DNA from: a virus | Taxonomy: Duplodnaviria; Caudoviricetes | DNA: 53,414 nucleotides | Direction: 5' to 3' (one strand) | IMG/VR virus record: IMGVR_UViG_3300032117_002338 | Location: 1-53,414 of that record | Part shown: piece after piece, positions 16,432-24,110 of the stretch | How the letters are laid out: every line of letters begins with the position of its first letter | Numbering within the stretch: the first letter of the stretch is position 1 | Notes under the pieces: generated by a model | The model's database searches: none | What the model was told of the DNA's origin: nothing | Seen by the model: only the letters and a program-made list of their open reading frames with translations | Made by a program: the position numbers and the translations under genes

Positions 16432-16476
16432 GACAGCAGTATGCCAGCATGGCATGCATCAGGTCAAATAGTCAAA

Positions 16477-16553
16477 GCCGCCGTGGCCCAACTGGCAGAG
16501 GCGCTAGGTCGAGAGCCTAGATGGTGTTGGTTCAAATCCAACCGGCGGCACCA
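16477..16553 (+). tRNA. tRNA-Leu(GAG) with C33, short variable loop
   Basis: CTAGG-TCGAGAG-CCTAG; CCA. Confidence 0.88.
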
Positions 16554-16559
16554 ATCATC

Positions 16560-16637
16560 GCCCTCATGGCCCAACTGGCAAGAGGCGCCGGGTTCAAACT
16601 CCGGATGTTGTAAGTTCGAATCTTACTGAGGGCACCA
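16560..16637 (+). tRNA. tRNA-Leu(CAA), short variable loop
   Basis: CCGGG-TTCAAAC-TCCGG; CCA. Confidence 0.9.
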
Positions 16638-16646
16638 AGTTTACAT

Positions 16647-16720
16647 AGGTCGTAAGTGTTATGGTAGCACGCTGAGCTCCAACCTCAGAAGCGCGGGTTC
16701 GACTCCTGCACGACCTGCCA
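16647..16720 (+). tRNA. tRNA-Trp(CCA)
   Basis: CTGAG-CTCCAAC-CTCAG; G73; CCA. Confidence 0.92.
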
Positions 16721-16731
16721 TAAATACCAGC

Positions 16732-16899
16732 ATGAAGATATCAGAGATACTCAAGCCGATGACCATCATGGGGGCCACTGACAGCCACGGGCATGTCAAC
16801 AGGGCCAAGGCTGAGCGCATCCCAGACCCTCGAGGTTGGTTCGCCAAGAACAAGCGAGCCTTGAGGAAGAATCGCAAACCAACCGGCTCCGTTAGGTAA
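16732..16899 (+). CDS. 55 aa basic late protein (MKISEIL...)
   Basis: ATG 5 nt after TAAATA; K/R-rich C-terminus; not in supplied ORF track. Confidence 0.65.
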   Translation: MKISEILKPMTIMGATDSHGHVNRAKAERIPDPRGWFAKNKRALRKNRKPTGSVR

Positions 16900-16975
16900 G
16901 TGTTATACTAGCTGATTCGTAACCAGCACGTGAACGCTGGCGATCATCAATGTTGCCATTGGGCCAAATCAATGG

Positions 16976-17003
16976 TTGACACCGACAGCAGAGATGCTAT
17001 CGT
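16976..17003 (+). promoter_or_regulatory. Internal sigma70-type promoter
   Basis: GTTGACA-16 nt-TATCGT with TGC. Confidence 0.65.
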
Positions 17004-17040
17004 AGATGAGTTGAGAGACACAGTTGAAAGGTTTCTTTAC

Positions 17041-17137
17041 CGGTTTCGGTCGTCCGGTCCACCGCCGGCAAGCATGGTAATGCCCGATTGAGTTGCGGAC
17101 GCTGCCAAGCCCAAGGGTGAGCATGTGGATGAAACCG
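17041..17137 (+). ncRNA. Candidate structured RNA
   Basis: CGGTTTC/GAAACCG and GTCCAC/GTGGAT nested stems just after promoter. Confidence 0.4.
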
Positions 17138-17146
17138 AGCAGTTTA

Positions 17147-17221
17147 GGGCCGTTGGTGATAACGGGAGCACGACGCGTTTGCACCGCGTAGGCCGGGGTT
17201 CGACTCCCCGACGGTCCACCA
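17147..17221 (+). tRNA. tRNA-Ala(TGC), second copy
   Basis: ACGCG-TTTGCAC-CGCGT; G3:U70; CCA. Confidence 0.9.
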
Positions 17222-17225
17222 ATTT

Positions 17226-17301
17226 GCGCATGTCGATCTCTGGTGAGATCACCTGTCTGTCTAACAGGTCTAGGCGAGTTCGATCCTCGTCATGCGCGCC
17301 A
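17226..17301 (+). tRNA. tRNA-Asp(GTC)
   Basis: CCTGT-CTGTCTA-ACAGG; G73; CCA. Confidence 0.9.
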
Positions 17302-17326
17302 AATTTAACCAGAGAGGACTACGAGA

Positions 17327-17599
17327 ATGTCTAGCGACGAAGATAACGAAGGCAAGATGAAGGTGGTGTTCGCACCCGGGTCCTTTGATGGGTTCGAGGG
17401 GACGCAAGAGGAGCTCGACGCGCTCGTGGCGGAGATCATGGGCATGTTGGAGAGCGGCGATCTGCTGGAGAAGGCTGTGGTCCTTGACGAGGCATCGTTC
17501 GATGAGCTGCCCGATGACGTCAAGGAGAGCATCATGCGAGATCTCGCCAACATCAACGAGGACGGCGACATCGACGTCAAACCTCGCCTGCTCAACTGA
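17327..17599 (+). CDS. Highly acidic hypothetical protein
   Basis: GAGGA RBS; 90 aa D/E-rich. Confidence 0.78.
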   Translation: MSSDEDNEGKMKVVFAPGSFDGFEGTQEELDALVAEIMGMLESGDLLEKAVVLDEASFDELPDDVKESIMRDLANINEDGDIDVKPRLLN

Positions 17600-17605
17600 C
17601 ACAGA

Positions 17606-17679
17606 TGGCGTGTAGCTCAATGGGAGAGCATTGGTCCGATAAACCAAAGACGAAGGTTCGATTCCTTCCTCGCCAACCA
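17606..17679 (+). tRNA. tRNA-Ile(GAT) with C33
   Basis: TTGGT-CCGATAA-ACCAA; CCA. Confidence 0.88.
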
Positions 17680-17686
17680 ACATCAT

Positions 17687-17762
17687 TCGGGGATAGTTCA
17701 ACTGGAAGAACGCTGGCCTTTGAAGCCGGATGCTGGTGGTTCGAACCCATCTCCCCGAACCA
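17687..17762 (+). tRNA. tRNA-Gln(TTG)
   Basis: CTGGC-CTTTGAA-GCCGG; CCA. Confidence 0.9.
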
Positions 17763-17765
17763 AAT

Positions 17766-17849
17766 GGACCAGTAGCGTAAAGGCAGGCAAGTGCCGCCAC
17801 CGGATTTTTAACCCGGCCGCAGGGGGAGCGTTACCTCACTGGTCCTCCA
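17766..17849 (+). tRNA. tRNA-Lys(TTT), atypical (enlarged D region, non-canonical T loop)
   Basis: GGACCAG/CTGGTCC-T-CCA; CCGGA-TTTTTAA-CCCGG. Confidence 0.65.
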
Positions 17850-17851
17850 AT

Positions 17852-17930
17852 GCCCACGTAGGCCAACAGGTTAGAGTCACCGGACTTAAAATCCGGACAG
17901 TGTCGGGTTCGAATCCCACCGTGGGCACCA
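17852..17930 (+). tRNA. tRNA-Leu(TAA), short variable loop
   Basis: CCGGA-CTTAAAA-TCCGG; CCA. Confidence 0.9.
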
Positions 17931-18018
17931 GTCAGATCGTGGAAAACACGTCAAATACCGGCATATGGTTGACATATGCTGGATCGCTGCTATATACTAA
18001 TGACACGATGAGAATTTC

Positions 18019-18093
18019 GGTGTGGTGGCAGAGCATTTATGCGCCAGCCTGCAAAGCTGGATTAGGTAGGTGAGACTCCTACCCACACCTCCA
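18019..18093 (+). tRNA. tRNA-Cys(GCA)
   Basis: CCAGC-CTGCAAA-GCTGG; U73; CCA. Confidence 0.9.
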
Positions 18094-18138
18094 ACATTTG
18101 ACCATCAAATGGTCCTTTCCTCGATGAAGCAGGTCAGA

Positions 18139-18167
18139 TTGACACGGCGCCGAGGGTCGAGCATAAT
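18139..18167 (+). promoter_or_regulatory. Sigma70-type promoter upstream of pseudoknot copy 2
   Basis: TTGACA-17 nt-CATAAT. Confidence 0.7.
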
Positions 18168-18190
18168 TGATTCAACCAGAATGTTATGCC

Positions 18191-18221
18191 AGTGGAAGCC
18201 GTCACCACTATAAACAATCGG
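18191..18221 (+). ncRNA. preQ1-I-like pseudoknot, copy 2
   Basis: AGTGG-AAGCCGTCA-CCACT-ATAAACAAT-CGG; same spacing as copy 1 with compensatory change. Confidence 0.55.
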
Positions 18222-18230
18222 TGCGAAATT

Positions 18231-18332
18231 TGGGAGTACGGGTGCATGGTAACATGTTGCTCCGTCCGGCTTAACCGTTCACACAGCGGGCCGGACACTC
18301 ACCGGGTCGAGTGTGCGATGCCGGTGCTCCCA
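18231..18332 (+). ncRNA. Candidate four-way-junction RNA (cloverleaf-like, no CCA)
   Basis: TGGGAGTAC/GTGCTCCCA closing stem; CATG/CATG, GTCCGGC/GCCGGAC, CACTC/GAGTG arms. Confidence 0.5.
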
Positions 18333-18343
18333 TGCTAGTTTAT

Positions 18344-18427
18344 TCCTGGGTGGCGGAATGGTAAACGCACCGCACTGTTAATGCGACGCCGAAAGGTTTG
18401 CAGGTTCGAGTCCTGCTCCAGGAGCCA
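18344..18427 (+). tRNA. tRNA-Asn(GTT) with long variable arm
   Basis: CGCA-CTGTTAA-TGCG; extra arm CGCCGAAAGGTTT; G73; CCA. Confidence 0.88.
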
Positions 18428-18495
18428 ACGATCAAAGTTGTGGGTGACATAGTTGTAACGGAACCCTCGCATATCAACCGGCTGGGAGGCATGGC

Positions 18496-18840
18496 ATGAA
18501 ACAGATGCTGATAATGCGCAAGGATCTAAACATGCGCAAGGGCAAGCTGATCGCACAGGGTGCGCATGCCAGCCTCAAGGCCACTTTGGAGAACCTGGAT
18601 CATCCCAGCGTCAAGGAATGGCTGGCTGGCAGGTTCACCAAGATAGCGGTCAGCGTGGACAGCGAGGCCGAGATGTTTGACATCCTCGGCAAGGCACGCG
18701 CAGCCGGATTGATCACCGCGCAGATAACCGACGCAGGGCTCACGGAGTTCAACGGGGTGCCAACCAACACCTGCATCGCGGTGGGGCCGGCATCCGCTGA
18801 GGATCTGGCCCCCATCACCGGCCATCTCAAGCTTCTGTGA
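18496..18840 (+). CDS. pth2: Peptidyl-tRNA hydrolase Pth2
   Basis: KQ...RKDLNMRKGKLIAQGAHA, ITDAGLTEF, TCIAVGP, ITGHLKLL. Confidence 0.95.
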   Translation: MKQMLIMRKDLNMRKGKLIAQGAHASLKATLENLDHPSVKEWLAGRFTKIAVSVDSEAEMFDILGKARAAGLITAQITDAGLTEFNGVPTNTCIAVGPASAEDLAPITGHLKLL

Positions 18841-18842
18841 CC

Positions 18843-19661
18843 TCAACCCAATCTATCGATCAGGGGCCTCATGGCCTCCTCGAATTCGTCGCAGTAGCGT
18901 AGCAGCTCCTCGCCATTGGTGAAATACCTCAGCGCACGCTCCCTGTGTGGCATGTGGTTCTTGGCGTAGTATGTCCTAGCCTCACCTGACATGCCTATGG
19001 CCTCTATGGTCGGGGTGGGCAGCTGATCAAACCAAACCAACTGGTCCAACAGATCTAGGTTGCTGTGCAACCAATCGTTGTGCCAAAGCACCTGCTCGGA
19101 ATAGCTCCTCAACGATCCCAATCTGATCTCCTTGGGAGTGATGCTCTCGCCCAACCTCCTGTCGAGCTCGGATCTGTCGTAGCTCCAGATGTTGAAGTAG
19201 TCTCCCATGGCCAGGCTTATGAGGGCGGCACCAACGTCGCGGCGATTGAGCCCTATCTTTATCACGCTGCCATCGTTTATGAGATGATCGTATATGGGCA
19301 CATCGTTGCCTTCCAGCAGATCCTCGGCGCCCATCTTGATTATGAAGAACCGACGCTCGTGTGCATCCAGATGGCGCAGCTTTGATCTGACCAGATATGT
19401 TGGGGTGGGTCGGCGTATGAGGCTGACGCTGCCGTCGGCGAATGGTATGCTCTCCCTGATGACGCTGTGAGTCGACACGCCGTTGACATCGCGCTGGTAG
19501 TGGTTGCAACCCAGATACTCTGACAGGTTGACGCTATCGATGCCTAGCCCTGTGACATGGTTATGTATCATGTCACACAGCGCTGATGTGCCGAATCGCC
19601 AGCTGCCGAAGACGACCAATCCCCTCTTGCCGGCCATTGAATCCGGTGGGTTGGTAGACAT
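18843..19661 (-). CDS. Sulfotransferase-like P-loop protein
   Basis: VVFGSWRFGTSALC (PAPS-loop-like), LNRRD..AALIS; TAAATA upstream. Confidence 0.65.
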   Translation of the reverse strand: MSTNPPDSMAGKRGLVVFGSWRFGTSALCDMIHNHVTGLGIDSVNLSEYLGCNHYQRDVNGVSTHSVIRESIPFADGSVSLIRRPTPTYLVRSKLRHLDAHERRFFIIKMGAEDLLEGNDVPIYDHLINDGSVIKIGLNRRDVGAALISLAMGDYFNIWSYDRSELDRRLGESITPKEIRLGSLRSYSEQVLWHNDWLHSNLDLLDQLVWFDQLPTPTIEAIGMSGEARTYYAKNHMPHRERALRYFTNGEELLRYCDEFEEAMRPLIDRLG

Positions 19662-19707
19662 GTGGGATCCTCCATGCTATAATATGTGCATATTTATCCA
19701 GTGGTCA

Positions 19708-19795
19708 GGAAGGGTGGTAGAGCGGTCTATTACGTCGGTCTTGAAAGCCGAAGTACCGAAAGGTACCGTGGGTTCAAATCCCACCCCTTCCGCCA
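19708..19795 (+). tRNA. tRNA-Ser(TGA)
   Basis: TCGGT-CTTGAAA-GCCGA; long variable arm; G73. Confidence 0.95.
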
Positions 19796-19847
19796 AATGA
19801 TACGCATCGTTAAATAAAAATGGGCACGGTGCCCGGAGGAATGTACG

Positions 19848-20069
19848 ATGGAACAGTTCGATCGATTCATAGGCAAGGTCTATGATGCGGCCACGGCCGA
19901 TCAGATAGCCGACATGGCCAAGCAACATGGATGGAGGATCCTACCATGGCCAGAGGGCGTGTCGCAGGTCAGCTACGACGAGGGCTGCCTCACAATATAC
20001 CTCAACAACGACATAGACGGCATCATCACACGCTTCCAGCTTGGAGCGGGTGAATCCCAGTCGGCCTAA
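19848..20069 (+). CDS. Small hypothetical protein; paralog of 1189..1392
   Basis: GGAGGA RBS; FIGKVY...LTIYL...ITRFQLG. Confidence 0.7.
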   Translation: MEQFDRFIGKVYDAATADQIADMAKQHGWRILPWPEGVSQVSYDEGCLTIYLNNDIDGIITRFQLGAGESQSA

Positions 20070-20303
20070 GTGGCTGGCCAAGGATGGCACGGAATTCGAG
20101 GGGCAGAGTTGATTCACGGATGAGTTGTCACTGCTCACCCAAGCCAAGGCTTAGAGGTGATCACACAGCCACATCGAGGTCGGGAGATGGGATACGCCGT
20201 GCAATGACCCTCGGGTGCATTGCAGCCACTATCCAATCATAACCTTGTAAACCCGGACTCTGAAAAGGGGATGCATACCCGTTCCCCTCGGATGTTGATT
20301 GGA
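20069..20303 (+). ncRNA. Candidate structured RNA region
   Basis: AGTGGCTG/CAGCCACT, TGCAATG/CATTGCA, TCCAATCA/TGATTGGA, AGGGGA/TCCCCT stems; no credible ORF. Confidence 0.4.
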
Positions 20304-20395
20304 GCATGGTTGATGATCATGAAGATAGCGTTGATGGCATCATTGCTGGCGGCCGCGGCCGCCGTGATAACGGCCATGCTGACACACAGGGATTA

Positions 20396-20482
20396 GGAGC
20401 GTGTACCGAACGGGGTTCGGCACCGATTGGAAATCGGTTGATGCCATCTTGGCATGCGGATCGAGACCGCCGCGCTCCGCCA
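20396..20482 (+). tRNA. tRNA-Ser(GGA)
   Basis: ACCGA-TTGGAAA-TCGGT; long arm; G73; CCA. Confidence 0.85.
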
Positions 20483-20489
20483 CACACAC

Positions 20490-20581
20490 GGAGGGGTAAC
20501 CCAGGCGGCCCTGGGCACGGATTCGAAACCCGTTGGTGCCATTCGCTTGGCATGGAGATCGACACTGCCACCCCTCCGCCA
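20490..20581 (+). tRNA. tRNA-Ser(CGA)
   Basis: ACGGA-TTCGAAA-CCCGT; long arm; G73; CCA. Confidence 0.8.
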
Positions 20582-20659
20582 TCTATTGTTTGACCTAGAA
20601 CTGCGCATGCGGCATAATACGCATGGGGATGATACCCCGGAAGCATGAGGAGACATGTA

Positions 20660-20812
20660 ATGGCAGATCCTAGAAGCAAACCCAAAGCGGCCAAGACCAA
20701 GGACAGCAAGGCCCCGCACGTGATGCAGGAGCAGTCCAAGCTGACGGCCATGAAGGCCACGCAGGTGCAGGCCAAGCCTCAGATCCAGAAGAACGTGGGA
20801 CGAGGTCGCTAA
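20660..20812 (+). CDS. 50 aa basic K/Q-rich protein
   Basis: GAGGAG RBS; MADPRSKPKAAKTK...VGRGR; not in supplied track. Confidence 0.65.
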   Translation: MADPRSKPKAAKTKDSKAPHVMQEQSKLTAMKATQVQAKPQIQKNVGRGR

Positions 20813-20856
20813 CATGGCCATGCGTCGCCTCGCGGCGGACACACGGAGCGTCAGGC

Positions 20857-21732
20857 ATGGATAGGTTTTTCATAGAATTCGGATCAGATGATGATAGGTT
20901 CACACTGTGCTTCGGGGTCCACGACACATCACTGGCAAGCAGATGGTTTGATTGCCTGAGAGCGTCCGTTGCCCACGACCAACATCCAAGGGAGGACGAC
21001 AGGCTGTATGGTTTCCCAGCCAATGGTTGGTCGGAGGCAAGGATAGTGGACGGGATCAACGCATGCATAGATGCCGTCAATGACCACGGCGGCTATCGCA
21101 TAGATGATAGGGCATCCGTGGATTGCGGCCAGGATGCGTTCAACCGCCTGCACACGCACTTCGAGGCCATGAGGGGTAGCGTGCTGAACCCCAGCGAACT
21201 CTTTAGGCAGGCCCCCGATCACCTTCGGCGAACGATAGAATCCTACAACGTGCTCATACACAGATGGGAGAATTGGCGCAACAACGGCGGCAGGGGATCA
21301 GCGATGATGGTCGTCACTTTCGACGACCAACCAAGGTATCCACTGTTGGAGGAGGACTACGATCTGTTCACCATCGACAACAGGTTCGGAGATGCCTATC
21401 TCAGCTATTGCGAGGTCGGCAAGACGCTTACAGACGTGTTCGAGGATGACGATCACGATGTAGGCGGAGAGGCTATCATACCACAGCGATATTACTCTTC
21501 CGCATTCTCCGTCAAGTTCTGGGACGGCCATTCAAAGGGATACATGGACAGGTTTAACGCCTGGTGGGATAGGAACGAGGATAGGTTGGCAGGGTTAGGG
21601 TTCAACCGAGGCGACAGGCATCTATCCATAGGTTACATACCAGTGGCGAGCATCATATCAGACCTGCCAAGGGCGGCCCTGCTGGAGGCGATAGGTAGGT
21701 TTGATAGGATCAGCAGGGTGTACGTGGCCTGA
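20857..21732 (+). CDS. Hypothetical protein
   Basis: 291 aa ORF with phage-like codon usage. Confidence 0.8.
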   Translation: MDRFFIEFGSDDDRFTLCFGVHDTSLASRWFDCLRASVAHDQHPREDDRLYGFPANGWSEARIVDGINACIDAVNDHGGYRIDDRASVDCGQDAFNRLHTHFEAMRGSVLNPSELFRQAPDHLRRTIESYNVLIHRWENWRNNGGRGSAMMVVTFDDQPRYPLLEEDYDLFTIDNRFGDAYLSYCEVGKTLTDVFEDDDHDVGGEAIIPQRYYSSAFSVKFWDGHSKGYMDRFNAWWDRNEDRLAGLGFNRGDRHLSIGYIPVASIISDLPRAALLEAIGRFDRISRVYVA

Positions 21733-21832
21733 TGTCAATACCAGATCACATCAGGCTGTTATCGCCATATGCGATCATGAGGATAATATCCACACGATGG
21801 CCTCTGACGTGATAAATACCAACATAAAGATT

Positions 21833-21906
21833 GCGGGCATGATGTAATGGTAGCCTGTCACCTTGCCATGGTGAAAGCCCGGGTTCGATTCCCGGTGCCC
21901 GCTCCA
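21833..21906 (+). tRNA. tRNA-Gly(GCC)
   Basis: TCACC-TTGCCAT-GGTGA; U73; CCA. Confidence 0.92.
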
Positions 21907-22120
21907 ACCAATTCCGTCCCAGGCGGCGAGTCGCCGTACCACATTGGGTTGCATGAGATCCCCATGCCAGCAGGCATAGAGGGTCTTGCGATCAGGACCA
22001 ACCTGATCCAAGCGTGTGCTGAAGCACGAAATCGTTCAGTAGGCCACATGATGTGAAGGTGGCAGCGGGCGGCGCCGCTAAAGGGAGATGGGTCCCCACG
22101 CCGATCATAAATATCCGACC

Positions 22121-22759
22121 ATGGTTAAGATAGCAGAGATAGAACGCAACTACATCGAGAAGGACGAGCTGGGACTGCCTCGCGGCAGGGGCAGGTACAA
22201 GGGCAAGCTGCCCATCAATGTGTTTGGTTACGAGGCTCTGTATGGCAAGGGATCGAGGGGACACAGGGCGGTCACCCTATGGGATGGCAGGCGATGCGTG
22301 GCAGAGCTAACCATGGAACCGGTCACCTACCACGGCATCAAGGCATACAGCGTGGAGACCGCCATGGTCAATCCCAAGTACCAAGGCAGGGGCATAGGGG
22401 CGGAGCTGTACAAGACGTTGGTCTCCGATATGGGGATCGTGTTGGTCAGCAACCAGAGCCATAGCCCGGGGGCGAGGAAGACCTGGCTGAGATTGAGCAC
22501 CGATCCCTCGGTCAACGTGTATGGTTTCAACCTATTCTACAACACAGTGTTCAAGGTCGGTCCCAATAGCACGCGAACGGAGCTGAAAGGCAAGGGCCAC
22601 GATCTCTATGACGAGGATGGCACCGGTGTGGTCATGGTGCGCAAGGGCAGCCATGAGGACAAGATAATGGCGAGCCTGCTCAAGCTCAGCGCCAAGAAGC
22701 ATGAGGCCGACCCGCTTGACACCAATTGGGGATTCGCAGACACCCTAGAGCCGAGCTGA
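22121..22759 (+). CDS. GNAT-fold protein, late, possible head-internal protein
   Basis: VNPKYQGRGIGAELY; QSHSPGARKTW; starts MVKIAEIE 7 nt after TAAATA. Confidence 0.8.
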   Translation: MVKIAEIERNYIEKDELGLPRGRGRYKGKLPINVFGYEALYGKGSRGHRAVTLWDGRRCVAELTMEPVTYHGIKAYSVETAMVNPKYQGRGIGAELYKTLVSDMGIVLVSNQSHSPGARKTWLRLSTDPSVNVYGFNLFYNTVFKVGPNSTRTELKGKGHDLYDEDGTGVVMVRKGSHEDKIMASLLKLSAKKHEADPLDTNWGFADTLEPS

Positions 22760-22837
22760 CAGTCATCATATAGATTGCGTTCAAACGTGACCCACGATAT
22801 AATGATCAAGGGTTAGATTAACACAAGAGGGCGCGAG

Positions 22838-23386
22838 ATGGCAGAACACAAGGATCACCTGGACGACAATAACATCTTCCTGTTCATGGAGGATTTCACC
22901 AACAAATCGGTGAAGCCGGTGATAGATTGGATACTGCAAAAGAATCTCATGTCCAACAAGAGCCGGCCAAAGCATCTAACCCTGATGATCAACAGCCCCG
23001 GCGGCGAGGTACACTCGGCGTTCGCCCTCATCGACATGATGAAGGGCAGCAAGATCCCCGTTCGCACGGTGGGTCTGGGCATGATAGCCAGCTGCGGGCT
23101 GTTGACATTCATGAGCGGAGAGAAGGGACATAGGATCCTCACACCCAACACCAGCATACTCAGCCATCAGTACAGCTGGGGCAGCTACGGCAAGGAGCAC
23201 GAGCTGTTCGCCAGGGTGCGCGAGTTTGAGCTCAGCACCGAACGCATGCTGGAGCACTACAAGAAATGCACTGGCATGGACGAGGCCGGCATACGCAAGT
23301 ATCTGCTGCCCGCCAAGGACGTGTGGCTGTCGGCCGAGGAGGCCGTCAGGTATGGCATAGCGGATGAGATCAGGGAGACCTACTGA
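22838..23386 (+). CDS. clpP: ClpP-like serine protease subunit
   Basis: INSPGGEV, GMIASCG (Ser), ILSHQ (His), DVWLSAEEA (Asp). Confidence 0.92.
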   Translation: MAEHKDHLDDNNIFLFMEDFTNKSVKPVIDWILQKNLMSNKSRPKHLTLMINSPGGEVHSAFALIDMMKGSKIPVRTVGLGMIASCGLLTFMSGEKGHRILTPNTSILSHQYSWGSYGKEHELFARVREFELSTERMLEHYKKCTGMDEAGIRKYLLPAKDVWLSAEEAVRYGIADEIRETY

Positions 23387-23802
23387 TGCGCATAGGGTTC
23401 ACCTGCAGCGCGTTCGATTTGTGCCATTCTGGGCACGTGGCCATGCTGCGCGAGGCCAAGGATCAGTGCGATTACCTCATCTGCGGCCTCCAGGTTGATC
23501 CGACCATAGATCGAACCAGCAAGAACAAGCCGGTGCAGACCATAGTGGAGCGCTACACGCAGCTGTCTGCGGTTAGGTATGTGGATGAGATCGTGCCGTA
23601 CGTGACCGAGGCTGATCTCGAGGACATATTGGCCATGTATCCCATCAACGTGCGGATACTGGGCGAGGAGTATCGAGACAAGGATTTCACCGGACGTGAC
23701 ATCTGCAAGAAGCGCGGCATCGATCTGCACTTCAACCGCAGGGATCACAGGTTCAGCACCACCGAGCTGCGCAACAGAATATCGTTGACAGGCAAGCCGT
23801 AA
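23386..23802 (+). CDS. Cytidylyltransferase (TagD/glycerol-3-phosphate type)
   Basis: GFTCSAFDLCHSGH HxGH motif, ERY, FSTT. Confidence 0.9.
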   Translation: MRIGFTCSAFDLCHSGHVAMLREAKDQCDYLICGLQVDPTIDRTSKNKPVQTIVERYTQLSAVRYVDEIVPYVTEADLEDILAMYPINVRILGEEYRDKDFTGRDICKKRGIDLHFNRRDHRFSTTELRNRISLTGKP

Positions 23803-23826
23803 ACGGTTATATTACATGCATAAAAC

Positions 23827-23900
23827 GCGGGGTTGGCATATGGGTTGTGCTCCAGCCTTCCAAGCTGGCTAAACGAGTTCGAGTCTCGTACCCCGCTCCA
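23827..23900 (+). tRNA. tRNA-Gly(TCC)
   Basis: CCAGC-CTTCCAA-GCTGG; U73; CCA. Confidence 0.92.
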
Positions 23901-23988
23901 TAGTTCGATCTGTCACCGACCCTTTCGTGGTTGGTCGCCAAGTCACAGAGGACATTCGAGCCGACGGCGTGAGGTTCAGCGTTTATAT

Positions 23989-24065
23989 TGCGGGTTAGAG
24001 AAGTGGTCCATCTCGCCAGCCTCATAAGCTGGAGATCCCTGGTTCGAATCCAGGACCCGCAACCA
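23989..24065 (+). tRNA. tRNA-Met(CAT), initiator-like body
   Basis: TGCGGGT/ACCCGCA-A-CCA; CCAGC-CTCATAA-GCTGG. Confidence 0.9.
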
Positions 24066-24110
24066 AGATTTGATAAGTATCGCAACCACTTAGACACGGG
24101 GAGGTGTGAT

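Noticed and set aside
17147-17221. tRNA-Cys (GCA in loop)
   Set aside because: Correct stem register gives TGC, and G3:U70 with A73 marks Ala.
20069-20303. tmRNA or RNase P RNA
   Set aside because: No tRNA-like ends with tag ORF and no RNase P P4 consensus recognised.
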